Shown piece after piece: positions 24,233 through 37,189 of a stretch of DNA of 64,000 nt. The position numbers and the translations under genes are program-made. The notes under the pieces were generated by a model that was not told where the DNA came from, ran no database searches, and saw only the letters and a list, made by a program, of their open reading frames with translations. This DNA is from Heptranchias perlo (taxonomy: Eukaryota), in assembly GCF_035084215.1 (NCBI RefSeq), contig NC_090365.1, positions 10,850,001-10,914,000 of the forward strand, read 5' to 3'. How positions within the stretch are numbered: position 1 is the stretch's first letter; every line of letters starts with the position of its first letter.

Positions 24233-25063
24233 TTAGATAGAGAGAAACTATTTCCTCTGGTGGGGGGAGTCCAGAACAAGGGGGCAGAACCTTAAAATTA
24301 GAGCCAGGCCGTTCAAGGGTGATGTCAGGAAGCACTTCTTCACACAAAGGGGAGTGGAAATCTGGAACTCTCTCCCCCAAAAAGCTGTTGAGGCTGGGGG
24401 TCAATTGAAAATTTCAAAACTGAGATTGATAGATTTTTGTTAGGCAAGGGTATTAAGGGTCACGGAACCAAGATGGGTAGATGGAGTTAAGATATAGATC
24501 AGCCATGATCTAATTGATTAGGAACATAGGAACAGGAGTAGGCCATTCAGCCCCTCGAGCCTGCTCCGCCATTTGATAAGATCATGGCTGATCTGTGATC
24601 TAACTCCATATACCTGCCTTTGGCCCATATCCCTTAATACCTTTAATTGCCAAAAAGCTATCTATCTCAGATTTAAATTTAGCAATTGAGCTAGTATCAA
24701 TTGCCGTTTGAGGAAGAGAGTTCCAAACTTCTACCACCCTTTGTGTGTAGAAATGTTTTCTAATCTCACTCCTGAAAGGCCTGGCTCCAATTTTTAGACT
24801 GTGCCCCCTACTCCTAAAATCCCCAACCAGCGGAAATAGTTTCTCTCTATCCACCCTATCCATTCCCCTTGATATCTTATAAACTTCGATCAGATCACCC
24901 CTTAACCTTCGAAACTCCAGAGAATACAAGCCCAATTTGTGTAATCTCTCCTCGTAACTTAACCTTTGAAGTCCGGGTATCATTCTAGTAAACCTACGCT
25001 GCACTCCCTCGTGGCGGAAGAGGCTTGAGGGGCAGAATGGCCTCCTCCTATTCCTTTGTTCCT
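24233..25063 (+). mobile_element. CR1 3' fragment interrupted by a second, inverted CR1
   Basis: The + copy stops at gatctaattga (24518) and resumes at gtggcggaagaggcttgagggg (25011). Confidence 0.75.
24519..25010 (-). mobile_element. Young CR1 3' fragment
   Basis: ORF 24600-25004, QRRFTRMIPGL...GYGPKAGIWS*. Confidence 0.9.
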
Positions 25064-26244
25064 GCTGCCTTTCAGGGAAGGAAACCTGCCATTCCTACCT
25101 GGAGTGGCCAACATGTGATTGGCCAAGCAAACTGCCACGCTGGGAAATAGAGACGGACCTTGTTAGGGGTTCCCATGTTCTGAGGACATTTAAAAAATAT
25201 GCTCGGGATAAACAGAACGCTGCTCTGTTAGATCTGCGCAGTCATTCAAAAGGCACGTTTGCAACTTTGATTTTCAGGCCTCTGACCTTTCCCGAAGCTG
25301 AGAGATGGTCCACATGGCCCAGGAGAGTAACCACAGTCAGCTGTGCTTTGTCCCTGGAGGCAACTCACAAGGTGCCGTTCTATATCTGCAGAGGCATGTG
25401 GACTATTTCCTGTACACTGTAGAGTGATCCAACGCCGTATGATAAATGGGCTCCAGGTTTACTGAGAACAAGCTGGGTTTACTCACCTGACATTGATCTA
25501 TTTATCTCTCGATGTATCCATCTATCTAATAAAAAACAAGTTTGTGTCTCGATGCAGGTCAGATTGTCAATAAAACAAAAATCAAAAGTTGCCAGCTGGC
25601 AACAGCTGCACCCACCCGCCCTAGAAATGTTTATGTGCTCCCTCTGGAGGTCGTGGGTTGAGGATCTCGGGGTCAGGGAGCCTGGAGGTCAGGGGTCGGG
25701 GAGTCATGTGGCCAGGAGGGCTGGGAACGGTGGCGATCAAGAGGGTCCTTTAATGTGGAGCCTCCTGCTCCTCCCGGCTTCACATTCAGAGGTACATTTT
25801 TTGTTGTCGGTGTTCTGGAGGGCTGGATTCCCTCAGCGTAGCCTGCAATGGCACTGGCTGTCTCAGGGCAATCCAATCTTGCAGTGGGGACCTCAAGCTG
25901 GCGTTGGCCCCTTATTTGAGTCTACGACCTGAAATGTTAACTCTGTTTCTTTCTGATATGCAAAGGGTCGAGCGCCTGCTTCAGGCCTGGGCAAAAGAAA
26001 CCTCTTGTTTGTCCTTACCTAATATGGCGGGTGGCACCCTTCTGGTTGGAACGGTGCGTGCTTCCTGCCCGCCATTTTGGGGACTTAGGAGGCCACGTAG
26101 CCCCCGATAAACGGCCTTGGTTTAACGTCTCATCCAGAGGACGGCACCTCTGGCAGTGCAGCGCTCCCTCAGTACTGCACTTCAGACTCAGAGGCCAGAG
26201 TGCTGCCACTGAGCCAAGACTGACATTTTTATACATTTCATCTC

Positions 26245-26610
26245 TGTTGTCCTCCTCCAACCCTACAATCCACCCGAGACCTCTGCGCTCCTCCAATCCT
26301 GGCCTCTCGCGCATCCCCCACTTCCTTCGCCCCTCCATTGGCGGCCGTGCCTCCAGCCGTCTTGGCCCGAAGCTCTGGAATTCCCTCCCGAAAATTTGGC
26401 CCGGTGTCAAATTTTGTTTGATAACGACAGAAAATGCTGGAGAAGCTCAGCAAGTGAGGCAGCGTCTGTGGAGAAAGAAACAGAGTTAACGTTTCGTCAG
26501 AACTGGAAGAAGTTGAAAGACTACAGTATTTTGCTTTTGTTTGCTAATCGCTCCTGTAAAGCAACTTGGGACATTTTACTACGTTAAAGGCACTATATAA
26601 ATGCAAGAAG
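26245..26610 (+). mobile_element. L2 3' end containing a Penelope-like terminal fragment (about 26428-26510)
   Basis: RPLRSS...GGRA.S.LGPKLWNSLP followed by an L2 tail; the insert resembles 13323-13447. Confidence 0.65.
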
Positions 26611-26767
26611 TTGTTTTTGTGTTTAAAAAAATATTCCTAATCTCTCTCTTCATTCTCTTCGTGATGATCAGACTCAGTGATCAGTGGAAATCAACTTTTC
26701 CGGTTTTTTAATCGGAATTATTACCTCTGCCCGACCTGCTTGGTGCTTTCTCTGATCTGGTGAAATA

Positions 26768-27247
26768 AGAGATTTACTGGAATGATTCCAGGGATGAGGG
26801 ACTTTAGTTACGTGGATAGACTGGAGAAGCTGGGGTTGTTCTCCTTGGAACAGAGAAGGTTGAGAGGAGATTTGATCGAGGTATTCAAAATCATGAAGGG
26901 TCTAGACAGAGTAGATAGAGAGAAGCTGTTCCCATTGGCAGAAAGGTCAAGAACCAGAGGGCATCGATTTAAGGTGATTGGCAAAAGAACCAAAGATGAC
27001 ATGAGGCCTTTTTACACAGCGAGTGGTTAGGATCTGGAATGCACTGCCCGAGGGGGTGGTGGAGGCAGATTCAATCATGGCCTTCAAAAGGGAACTGGAT
27101 AAGTACTTGAACGAAAAAATGTGCAGGGCTACGGGGATAGGGCGGGGCAATGGGTCTCGCTGGATTGCTCTTGCATAGAGCCGGCATGGACTCGATGGGC
27201 CGAACGGCCTCCTTCCGTGCTGTAACCTCTCTATGATTCTATGATTG
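26768..27247 (+). mobile_element. CR1 3' fragment flanked by a 45-bp direct repeat
   Basis: ORF 26782-27030 and a ctatgattctatga tail; the repeat lies at 26721-26765 and 27248-27292. Confidence 0.88.
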
Positions 27248-27887
27248 TTACCTCTGCCCGACCTGCTTGGCGCTTTCTCTGATCTGGTGAAACAATTCTC
27301 GGTTTCTCTAGTATCCCCTGCCAGTTTGGTTTTACCTGCTTTGCCTCTCCACAGATGGCACACAGCGCCCGTCGTCACTCTCCGTCTCAGCCCGCACGCA
27401 CCTACTGGATGACCACCTAAGAGGTATCGCCGAGCAGAGTGATGCCCCGAGAGCAAGGAACGTTAGGAACAGGAGCAGGCCATTCAGCCCCTCGAACCTG
27501 TTCAATTAGATCAAGGCTGAAGGGGAGAACATTCAAGGGAAGGGTAGAAAATTTGGGAGCTCGCCTAATATGGAGAGGAACGAGCTCCCCTCACTGCTAA
27601 TGCTTGTTGCTGTGACTTGTGATCAAGGAGATCTCTTTTGTCCCTGAGCAGGGCAGTGTGTTTCCTGCAAGTCTTTAAAGGGAATGTTTCTTCAAGCATT
27701 CCCTCGGTTTCTCCAGACTTGTACAGTTCTCAATGGCGACTGGCCAGCTGACCTTTGATGATGCATTGGGAGTATTGTTTGAGGAGAACTGGGTTTTTTT
27801 TGAGTTCACCCTCCTTCCCGTTCACAGGAAGGCAAAGTCGGGATTTCAGTGACCAGGAGCTCTCGCTGTAACCGTTCTCCAGTCAGT

Positions 27888-29356
27888 AAACTGTTCCAGT
27901 ACAGCTACAACACCGGCATCTACCTGATAATGTGGAAAATTGCCCAGGTATGTCCTGTCCACAAAAAGCAGGACAAATCTAATCCGGCCAATTACCGCCC
28001 CATCAGTCTACTCTCAATCATCAGCAAAGTGATGGAAGGTGTCGTCGACAGTGCTATCAAGCGGCACTTACTCACCAATAACCTGCTCACCGATGCTCAG
28101 TTTGGGTTCCGCCAGGACCACTCGGCTCCAGACCTCATTACAGACTTGGTCCAAACATGGACAAAAGAGCTGAATTCCAGAGGTGAGGTGAGACTGACTG
28201 CCCTTGACATCAAGGCAGCATTTGACCGAGTGTGGCACCAAGGAGCCCTAGTAAAATTGAAGTCAATGGGAATCAGGGGGAAAACTCTCCAGTGGCTGGA
28301 GACATATCTAGCACAAAGGAAGATGGTAGTGGTTGTTGGAGGCCAATCATCTCAGCCCCAGGACATTGCTGCAGGAGTTCCTCAGGGCAGTGTTCTGGGC
28401 CCAACCATCTTCAGCTGCTTCATCAATGACCTTCCCTCCATCATAGTCAGAAATGGGGATGTTCGCTGATGACTGCACAGTGTTCAGTTCCATTCGCAAC
28501 CCCTCAGATAATGAAGCAGTCCGTGCCTGCATGCAGTAAGACCTGGACACCATCCAGCCTTGGGCTGATAAGAAGCAAGTAACATTTGCGCCAGACAAGT
28601 GCCAGGCAATGACCATCTCCAACAACAGAGAATCTAACTACCTTCCCTTGACATTCAACGGCATTACCATCACCGAATCCCCTACCATCAACATCCTGGG
28701 GGTCACCATTGACCAGAAACTTAACTGGACCAGCCACATAAATACTGTGGCTACAAGAGCAGGTTAGAGGCTGGGTATTCTGCGGCGAGTGACTCACCTC
28801 CTGACTCCCCAAAGCCTTTCCACCATTTACAAGGCACAAGTCAGGAGTGTGATAGAATACTCTCCACTTGCCTGGAAGAGTGCAGCTCCAACAACACTCA
28901 AGAAGCTCCAGGACAAAGCAGCCTGCTTGATTGGTACCCCATCCACCACCCTAAACATTCACTCCCTTCACCACCGGCGCACTGTGGCTGCAGTGTGTAC
29001 CATCCACAGGATGCACTGCAGCAACTCGCCAAGGCTTCTTCAACAGCACCTCCCAAACCCGCGACCTCTACCACCTAGAAGGACAAGAGCAGCAGGCACA
29101 TGGGAACAACACCACCTGCACGTTCCCCTCCAAGTCACACACCATCCCGACTTGGAAATATATCGCCATTCCTTCATCGTCGCTGGGTCAAAATCCTGGA
29201 ACTCCCTTCCTAACAGCACTGTGGGAGAACCGTCACCACACGGACTGCAGCGGTTCAAGATGGCGGCTCACCACCACCTTCTGAAGGGCAATTAGGGATG
29301 GGCAATAAATGCCGGCCTCGCCAGCGACGCCCACATCCTATGAATGAATTGAAAAA
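27888..29356 (+). mobile_element. Family B LINE, 5'-truncated (RT to tail), disrupted
   Basis: RT motifs in ORF 27849-28469 and the C-terminus in ORF 28789-29295. Confidence 0.92.
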
Positions 29357-29409
29357 ATATATACTCTACCTGAGTTTCTTACACAGTTTGCTCCCGGTCC
29401 AGTAACACT

Positions 29410-29765
29410 TGAATTTAAAAATTCTCATCCTTGTGTTCAAATCTCTCCATGGCCTCGCCCCTCCCTATCTCTACAACCCTCCGAGATCTCTTTGATCGTC
29501 CAATTCTGAGTATTCCCTGATTTTAATCACTCCACCATTGGCGGCCGTGCCTTCAGCTGCCTGGGCCCTAAGCTCTGGAATTCCCTCCCTAAACCTCTCC
29601 GCCTCTCTCTCCTCCTTTTAAGATACTCCTTAAAATCTACCTCTTTGGCCAAGCTTTTGGTCATCTATCGTAATGTGGCCCAGCGTCAAATTTTGTGTGA
29701 TAACGCTCCAGTCGAGTGCCTTGGGATGTTTCACTATGTTAAAGGCGCTATATAAATGCAAGTTT
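29410..29765 (+). mobile_element. L2 3' end
   Basis: ggcggccgtgccttcagctgcctgggccctaagctctggaattcc and the aaaggcgctatataaatgcaag tail. Confidence 0.8.
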
Positions 29766-30219
29766 TTGTTTAAAGGGGTGTCATTCCTTCAGTTGTGAGA
29801 GTATTCGAGCAGGCTTCCACAATGCTCTGAAAACTCGAGGAACATAGGAGCAGGCCATTCAGCCCCTCGTGCCTGCTCCGCCATTTGATAAGATCATGGC
29901 TGATCTGTGATCTAACTCTGCTGATATACCACACCGCGGACTCTAACCACTGATCTTATAACTTCTTCAATGCGCTTTAAAAAAACAGAAGAGGTAGCAG
30001 AGGCAATCTCCGATGTAGTCACTTTAATCAAACCTAGCACACCTCCCTCTTTTGTAAGCCAGGGGACACGTATCACACAAGACATCACGGGGCCAATTTT
30101 ACGACGTAGTGCTCCCGATGCAGTTCCGTGTGACAGGAGCCCGTATTGTGATTTCAGGCGCACAGGCCAAATTCACAGCCATCAAAATTAACGGAGGTGG
30201 AACCGCGCGAAGCAGCCTC

Positions 30220-30620
30220 GAGCGCTTTGCGGCCAGTGAAGTACTTTTTTGAAGTGTAGTCACTGTTGTAATGTAGGAAACGCAGCAGCCAATTTGCGCA
30301 CAGCAAGATCCCACAAACAGCAAGATGATAAATGATCTGTTTTTAAGTGATAAATATTGGCCAGGACACCAGGGAGAACTCCCCTGTTCTTCTTCAATAT
30401 AGTACCATGGGATCTTTTACATCCAACCTGAGAGGGCAGACAGGGCCTCGGTTTAATGTCTCATCTGAAAGAAGATACTTCTGACAGTGCAGCACTCCCT
30501 CAGCACTGCGTTGGAGTGTCAGCTTAGATTTTGTGCTCAAGTCTCTGGAGTGGGACTTGAACCCTATAACCTTCATGATTTAGAAGCAAGCATGCTTCCT
30601 ACTGAGCCACGGCTGGCACC
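30220..30620 (-). mobile_element. Deu-domain SINE
   Basis: Core and head on the minus strand. Confidence 0.8.
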
Positions 30621-30704
30621 AAGTCACAGATACTCTCCCATCACATGGAGCTTTTCATTGGGAATGTTGAAAAATAAACTTTACTCCCATGTGCCCCTTT
30701 AGTG

Positions 30705-31118
30705 TTTGCTTGACTCGGTTGGAGGGCTTCTTGTCTCTGAGCCAGAGAGTCATGGGTTGAAATCTGGCTCCAGGACTTGAGCCCATTATCTAGGCCGAAC
30801 TTTGGTGTAATATTGGGGGAGCACTGCATTGTCAGAGGTGCCGTCTTTCAATGAGACGTTAAGCTAAACCCCTGTCTGCTTGGACGTCGAAGATCCCTTG
30901 ACAGTTTTTTGAAGAAGAGCAGGGGAGTTCTCCCGATGTCCTGGCCAATATTCCACTCTCAACCAACATCATCACAATAGATTAACTGGGCATTCATCTC
31001 ATTGCTACGCGCAAGTCGAAAGCTGTATTTGCCTAGAAACGAAAACAGTTGACGAGACTTCAGGTGTAGGCCGTGAAGCACTTTTGGGACATCCTGAGAA
31101 TGTGCAAGTTCTTTCTTT
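30705..31118 (+). mobile_element. Deu-domain SINE (older)
   Basis: Head and gaggtgccgtctttc core, degenerate tail. Confidence 0.7.
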
Positions 31119-32211
31119 AACACGTTCAGAAAGATTCCTCTGTGAAAGCAAATTACAGGATCCTATGTCATTTCAGGAAGCTGGAAATCAGCATTTGGAA
31201 GAGGAGGTTTGGTGACTGTCGATGTCTCTCTGTGATTAGTGCAGGGCTCTTTATGTTGCATTAAAATTACTTTCAAACTTGCAAAACCAGCATTGCGAAA
31301 GCCACGATCGGGCGGTTTCTTGCCCCTCCTCAGCATTAGTGTTACTCTGGGGGGAGGAGGGGAGGTTGATAGTCGACCCCTTTGCGTTTTGCCCCCGGGT
31401 GATTGGAGCCGTGTACAGCACATGGGGGAGGGGCCTATGCCGCCATTTTACATTTCCTGCATGCCCCCTGACCTCGCAAACCTTTCTCTTCTTGCAAACA
31501 TAAAAAGCACTTTGTCCTCCTACCCTTAAAAAAGCTGACGCCGTCCCTTTAAACCGCTCGATGAGGAGGTTGCCATGGTGACTGTGCCGTCACTGTGACA
31601 TCATGGGGAACGACTGTCATTGTTTGCGGACAAGACGCATTAGAAACGAGATTCTTAATGACATGATTTACGTCCCTGCCATTGTTGCAGCATTAAATAC
31701 GAGACTCTACCTGGGATACCTCACAACGCAGAGATGAGCAGTCACCAACAGGCCTTATTTATTGGCAACGTATATTGCTGCACACAACACACATCAGAGC
31801 AGCTCCGACTGGCGGGTCATAATAGAATCCACTAACGAGGTCAACTGCAAAGTGCTGGGGTATAATTAACTGGTTGGAAGTGACTCAGTCAGTGGTAACT
31901 CTATCTAAGAGCTGCCTGTTAATGGCAACACTTGACACCAGTGCAGTGTTATTTACACCGTGACACACCGTCACACAACGGAGTACACGGTGATTACCGG
32001 CTAATTAGGGGCATCAATTAATACGCAGCCAGACATACAAACAAGCAAACACGCACACTTAACAACCTGTTAAACGCACCTATATAGAGAGGGAAGAATG
32101 AGAGACAGGGAGATAAAGAGGGGGGGATAAGGGGCTAGAGAAACACAGGCAGTAATGAGCTATCCACCAACTCAGCATTCACTCACGTTTGCTGTCTCCA
32201 GTTACTTTTTT

Positions 32212-32560
32212 CTCATTTGTCCTTGGGATGCGAGGGGTGATGGTGGTGCCGCCATTTATCGCCAGTCTCTGATTCCCCGAGAAGGCGAACCTTCTCCTTG
32301 ACAAACTGAGTGGCTTGGTGAAGAAGTAAATGGTTGTTGGACCACATTAAATGGCAATAAGTCAACCATGCCACGTGGGACTGGAGCCACATTGGCCAAC
32401 ACCAGGGGCTTCCCCTCTCTGAGGGACATTAGAGAACCAGTTGGGGTTTTTACTGCAATCGTGGACATTTTTATTCTCGGTTACCATGTTTATTGAATCC
32501 AATTCCATGGAGGGATTTCAGCTCAAGACGTCTGGTTCGCGGCCTCTACACTTCTGTACG
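32212..32560 (-). mobile_element. Degenerate family B-related short SINE
   Basis: Contains aactgagtggcttg and gggacattagagaaccagttggggtttttac plus a LINE-B-like tail, with no ORF in between. Confidence 0.55.
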
Positions 32561-32634
32561 GTTTGCAGTTTAATTGGTATTTGTAGTGGATTGATCATTC
32601 ACAAGTCCAGCTGTGAGATAGCTCCTTGTTTTCC

Positions 32635-33030
32635 AGTTGTGGCCCAGAGGGTAGCACTCTTGACTCTAAGTCAGAAGGTTATGGATTCCAAGCCCCACAC
32701 CAGAGACTAGAACACAAAATCTAGGCTGCTACTCCAATATGAGTACTGAGGGAGCACTGCCTTTTGGAATGAAACATTAAACCCTCTCAGTTGGACTTTA
32801 AAGATCCCATGGCATTATTTTGAAGCAGGGGAGTTCTCCCTGGTGTCCTGGCCAATATTTATCCCTCAACTAACACCGCTAAAAACAGATCATTTGGTCA
32901 TTATCACACTGCTGTTTGTGGGATCTTGCTGTGTGCGTTTCGTATATTACTTAAAAAGTCCTTCATTGCCCGTAAAGTGCTTTGGGACGTCCTGAGGTCA
33001 TGAAAGGCGCTATATGCAAGTCTTTCTTTC
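32635..33030 (+). mobile_element. Deu-domain SINE
   Basis: Head, core and L2-like tail. Confidence 0.8.
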
Positions 33031-33489
33031 CTTACAACAGACGTGAGCACCATGTTTCCACCAAATTAATGTCTGTCATTTCAGTGTCCCACTCCAGACA
33101 TTAAAACATATATTTTGTAAAAGTTTCCCAAAGGCACTGAGACTAACTGTACAGTTATCTGGGAAAGAGCTGTTTCCCACTTCTCCTTTAATGAGGGAGA
33201 TCGCGTTACATGTTCAAGAAAGCAATCCTCGGAGGAGCAGTACACAGGCAGTCAGGTGCGTCAATGATCTGATCATTTCTGCTCTGCCCATTAATTCAGC
33301 TCCTTCACACTGCTAGGCTCAGTGACTGCAAATAAATTCCACAATTGTATTGCCGGCACTGGCTGTCTACAAACAAAAGCCGGCCAAGAAACAAGAATTA
33401 ATATTCATCGTGACTCTTTGAAGGCTGCCCGACCAATATCAGGTGTTGGATCTCAGGCCTGGGTCCATTAATCCATTAATCCCATTACA

Positions 33490-34030
33490 ATTGTGAGCAG
33501 TTCTGGGCACCGCACCTTCGGAAGGACATATTGGCCTTGGAGGGAGTGCAGCGTAGGTTGACTGGAATGATACCCGGACTTCAAGGGTTAAGTTACGAGG
33601 AGAGATTACACAAATTGGGGTTGTATGCTCTGGAGTTTCGAAGGTTAAGGGGTGATCTGATCGAAGTTTATAAGATATTAAGGGGAACGGATAGGGTGGA
33701 TAGAGAGAAACTATTTCCGCTGGTTGGGGATTCTAGGAGTAGGGGGCACAGTCTAAAAATTAGAGCCAGACCTTTCAGGAGTGAGATTAGAAAACATTTC
33801 TACACACAAAGGGTGCTAGAAGTTTGGAACTCTCTTCCTCAAACGGCAATTGATACTAGCTCAATTGCTAAATTTAAATCTGAGATAGATAGCTTTTTGG
33901 CAACCAAAGGTATTAAGGGATATGGGCCAAAGGCAGGTATATGGAGTTAGATCACAGATCAGCAATGATCTTATCAAATGGCGGAGCAGGCACGAGGGGC
34001 AGAATGGCCTACTCCTGTTCCTATGTTCCT
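33490..34030 (+). mobile_element. Young CR1 3' fragment
   Basis: ORF 33531-33950, nearly identical to 24600-25004. Confidence 0.9.
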
Positions 34031-34854
34031 ACAACAGGCAGTGTCTGAGATCATTGAGAAGGTCTCACATGGTCTCCAACCTCCCATCATTTAGCCATTG
34101 TAGGAGAAGGAGCATCAAGTGACCTTACAATGACAAGTGAGAGATTGGGCCTTCTAATTCAGATTCCTAAATGAACTCTACTGCCTGGGTCCTTAATGGA
34201 ATTCTTCACATAATTTGAGGATTGCATTGAGTTTTTAATTAAACCTTACAGATTGGAGTTAGCCCCAAGCGAAGGATGGAGATTGTTTTCTTTGCCTGTA
34301 GAACAAGATTGCAAGTTTATGAAACGTGGAAGCTTTGAGTTTTACTTTATTAGTTAGGACTTGGAGGCAGATTTTCCTCTTGTTGCGTTTGAAAGTTAAA
34401 CGACTGTCTTGGTGCAGCGTTGAGAGGGAAATTGGACCTGGAGGAGTTCAAATCCAGAAAGAAGCCGGGCCAGTTCTCCACTCATTTGAATTAATGGTCT
34501 AAGTTTGGGCGGGCTCCACTGGGCGAGTGTCTGATTTTCCTCTACGTCCTTCCCTCAGCGATTCGTTACAGACAAGCACAAGAGGAAAGAGTCCTGTACT
34601 GTCTATTATCCAGTAATTCCAATGAATCAGCCTTGAATAAAGAGGAGCAGTCTTACTGGGTGACTGACAGCAGCGGAGGTCCAAAGCTACTTAACCTGTG
34701 CTACGCAGAGAATTTTGCTGCTTGCAATTAGTGTCCTGAGCACTGGTACCTTTCCCACTGACGGAGAAAATCCTATACAAACCAACAGCAATGGAAATAC
34801 TTGTGTTCCGACCCCTCGGAAGCCGTGGTTTTCTGGCTGTCGTTGCCTCTGACT

Positions 34855-35702
34855 TACAGATTGGGCCTGTAATTGGCAAATTAATTTCAATATCGATAAG
34901 TGTGAAGCGTTACATTTTGGTAGGAAGACTAAGAGTCCCATATTGCTTGGAAAATAAGAGTCTAAATGGGCTAGAGGAGCAAAGGAACATGGATGTACAG
35001 ATACACAAATCATTGAAAATAGCCACGTGGGTTAATAAGGCCATAAAAAAGCATACAGAGCATTGGGGTTTGTTTCTTGAGGGATAGAATTGAAAAGCAG
35101 AGAAGTTATGTTAAACTTGTATAGAACTTTGGTTAGACCGCAGTTCACAGCACTGTGAACAGTTCTTGTCTCCATATTATAAAAAGGTTATAGAGGCATT
35201 GGAGAAGGTGCAAAAAAGATTTACTAGGATGACACCAGAACTGAGAGGTTATACCTGTCAGGAAAGGCTGAGCAGGCTGGGGCTCTTTTCTCTAGAAAAG
35301 AGAAGGCTGAGGGGTGACCTGATAGAGGTCTTTAAGATTATGAAAGGGTTTGATAGGGTAGACCTAGAGATGTTTTCACTTGGGAGGAGACCAGAACTAG
35401 GGACCATAAATATAAGATAGTCACTAATAAATCCAATAGGGAATTCAGGAGAAACTTCTTTACCCGGAGAGTGGTGAGAACATGGAACTCGCTACCACAA
35501 GGAGTAGTTGAGGCGAATAGCATAGATGTATTTAAGGGAAAGCTGGACAAACACATGAGGGAGAAAGGAATAGAAGGATATCTTGATGGGGTGAGATGAA
35601 GTAGGGTGGGAGGAGGCTGGTGTGGAGCATAAACGCCGGCACAGACCTGTTGGGCCGGATGGCCTGTTTCTGTGCTGTAAATTCCATGTAATTCTATGTA
35701 AT
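34855..35702 (+). mobile_element. CR1 3' fragment (degenerate)
   Basis: LEKVQKRFTRM...[11 protein letters not shown] followed by an attctatgta tail. Confidence 0.85.
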
Positions 35703-37189
35703 GGTGGCTGAGGCGGCCAACACTGAGGTTAACCCTCCTCCCCCCGACCCGAGACGATGAAACAACACAAGAAGGAAAGAACTTGCATGGGTGACAGCCT
35801 CCTTTGTGAAGCTAAGGTGCCTGGGACAATGGTCCTCAGTGAAATTGAGGGAGGAGGACTGCTATCTGAAGACCCGCTGTGGGTATGGCCTCCTCCGCAG
35901 TGCCTTCCCCTTGTCCCAGCTTCTCCTGCTCCGTCGCTGCTCTCCCTCGCCCTCCAGCCCTAAAGGCAGCCCTACCAGACCAACCATGACCGCAGTCAAA
36001 CTATTTTGAAAGCAGCCAAAAGCACCATAAAAACATCTTCTCAGAAGGAAGAAAACAATTGCAGGAGTGAGAAAATAGGCCAAAAAAATGCCCAAACGTT
36101 AACCAGCAAAGGACAATTGAGCGATTAACCCGTGCGGCGGGAATGAGCCCTGTCGACGGCGCTGCTGAAGGGTCTTTGTTGCCCGTTGGTGCCGCGATTT
36201 CCCGGGCGAGTTTCTCACGTGGGCGATTCAGGTGCCAGCGCTGCCCAATTTCAAAAAAGGCACCTGCAGCAAGCGTAGGACCCTTATTTAAATATTTAAA
36301 TGACCATTTAACATATTTCCCGAGCCCTGGATGCCTATAGAAGAGTCCGATCCAATATGGCGGGCAGCGTGGGATGGGCGCGGGCACACCTGTGAAACGG
36401 GCGCGGTGCCAACGGATTTCGAGGCCATGTTAGGATTTATTTTTGTAGACCAGACCCCGTGTAATGATTAGCTTCGTAACCCTGTCCAGTCCAATCCACA
36501 GCGAACTCTGACCTTTGATGGTTCCATTCTTTGTCCTTCTTCATCCAACGATATCCTTGGCTTCATTGACCTCTGATTTCAGATGGAACTCCCACATCTT
36601 CTCTCCATTGCTGGAGCTGCCTCCAAGAAGCTCTTTTGTCCCTAACACTTCTTTTCCCCTCAAGAGAAAGCTTGCCCTCTGACAGGAGATCCCTCGCCTC
36701 CTGCCTCCAAATATCTCGCTCTCTATCGCAGTCTTTCTTGTCTGTCTCTATTTAATCGAAGCTACCATCATCAGTGCTCGTCTTAATTGTCCTCATTTTC
36801 CTCAAAAACTCCAAATCCATTATCCCACATGCCTATCTTCTCTTTGTATCTTCACTGTGTCAAAATCAAGACTCATTGTACTGGCTCCAGCTCTAACTCA
36901 TTCTATCACAGGGCCTCGAATGGAACTCCTTACCTCCCTCAGCTTTCCCTTGCTCCTAAATCATCAGCCCTTTTAAAGTCTGAACGTCCCATCACGTAAT
37001 CAATACTTCTTGATTTACTTCATCTTCTCTTTCTCCTCAGCTTGGCTCAGTTAGTCGCACTCTTGCATCTAAGTTCAAGACTTAAGCATATAATTTAGAA
37101 TCATGTTGGGAGTAGTGCAACATGGACTATTGAAACAAGGCCCTGTATACTGGCTCAAGAGAATGTCAAAGATCCCATAATGTGACAAT

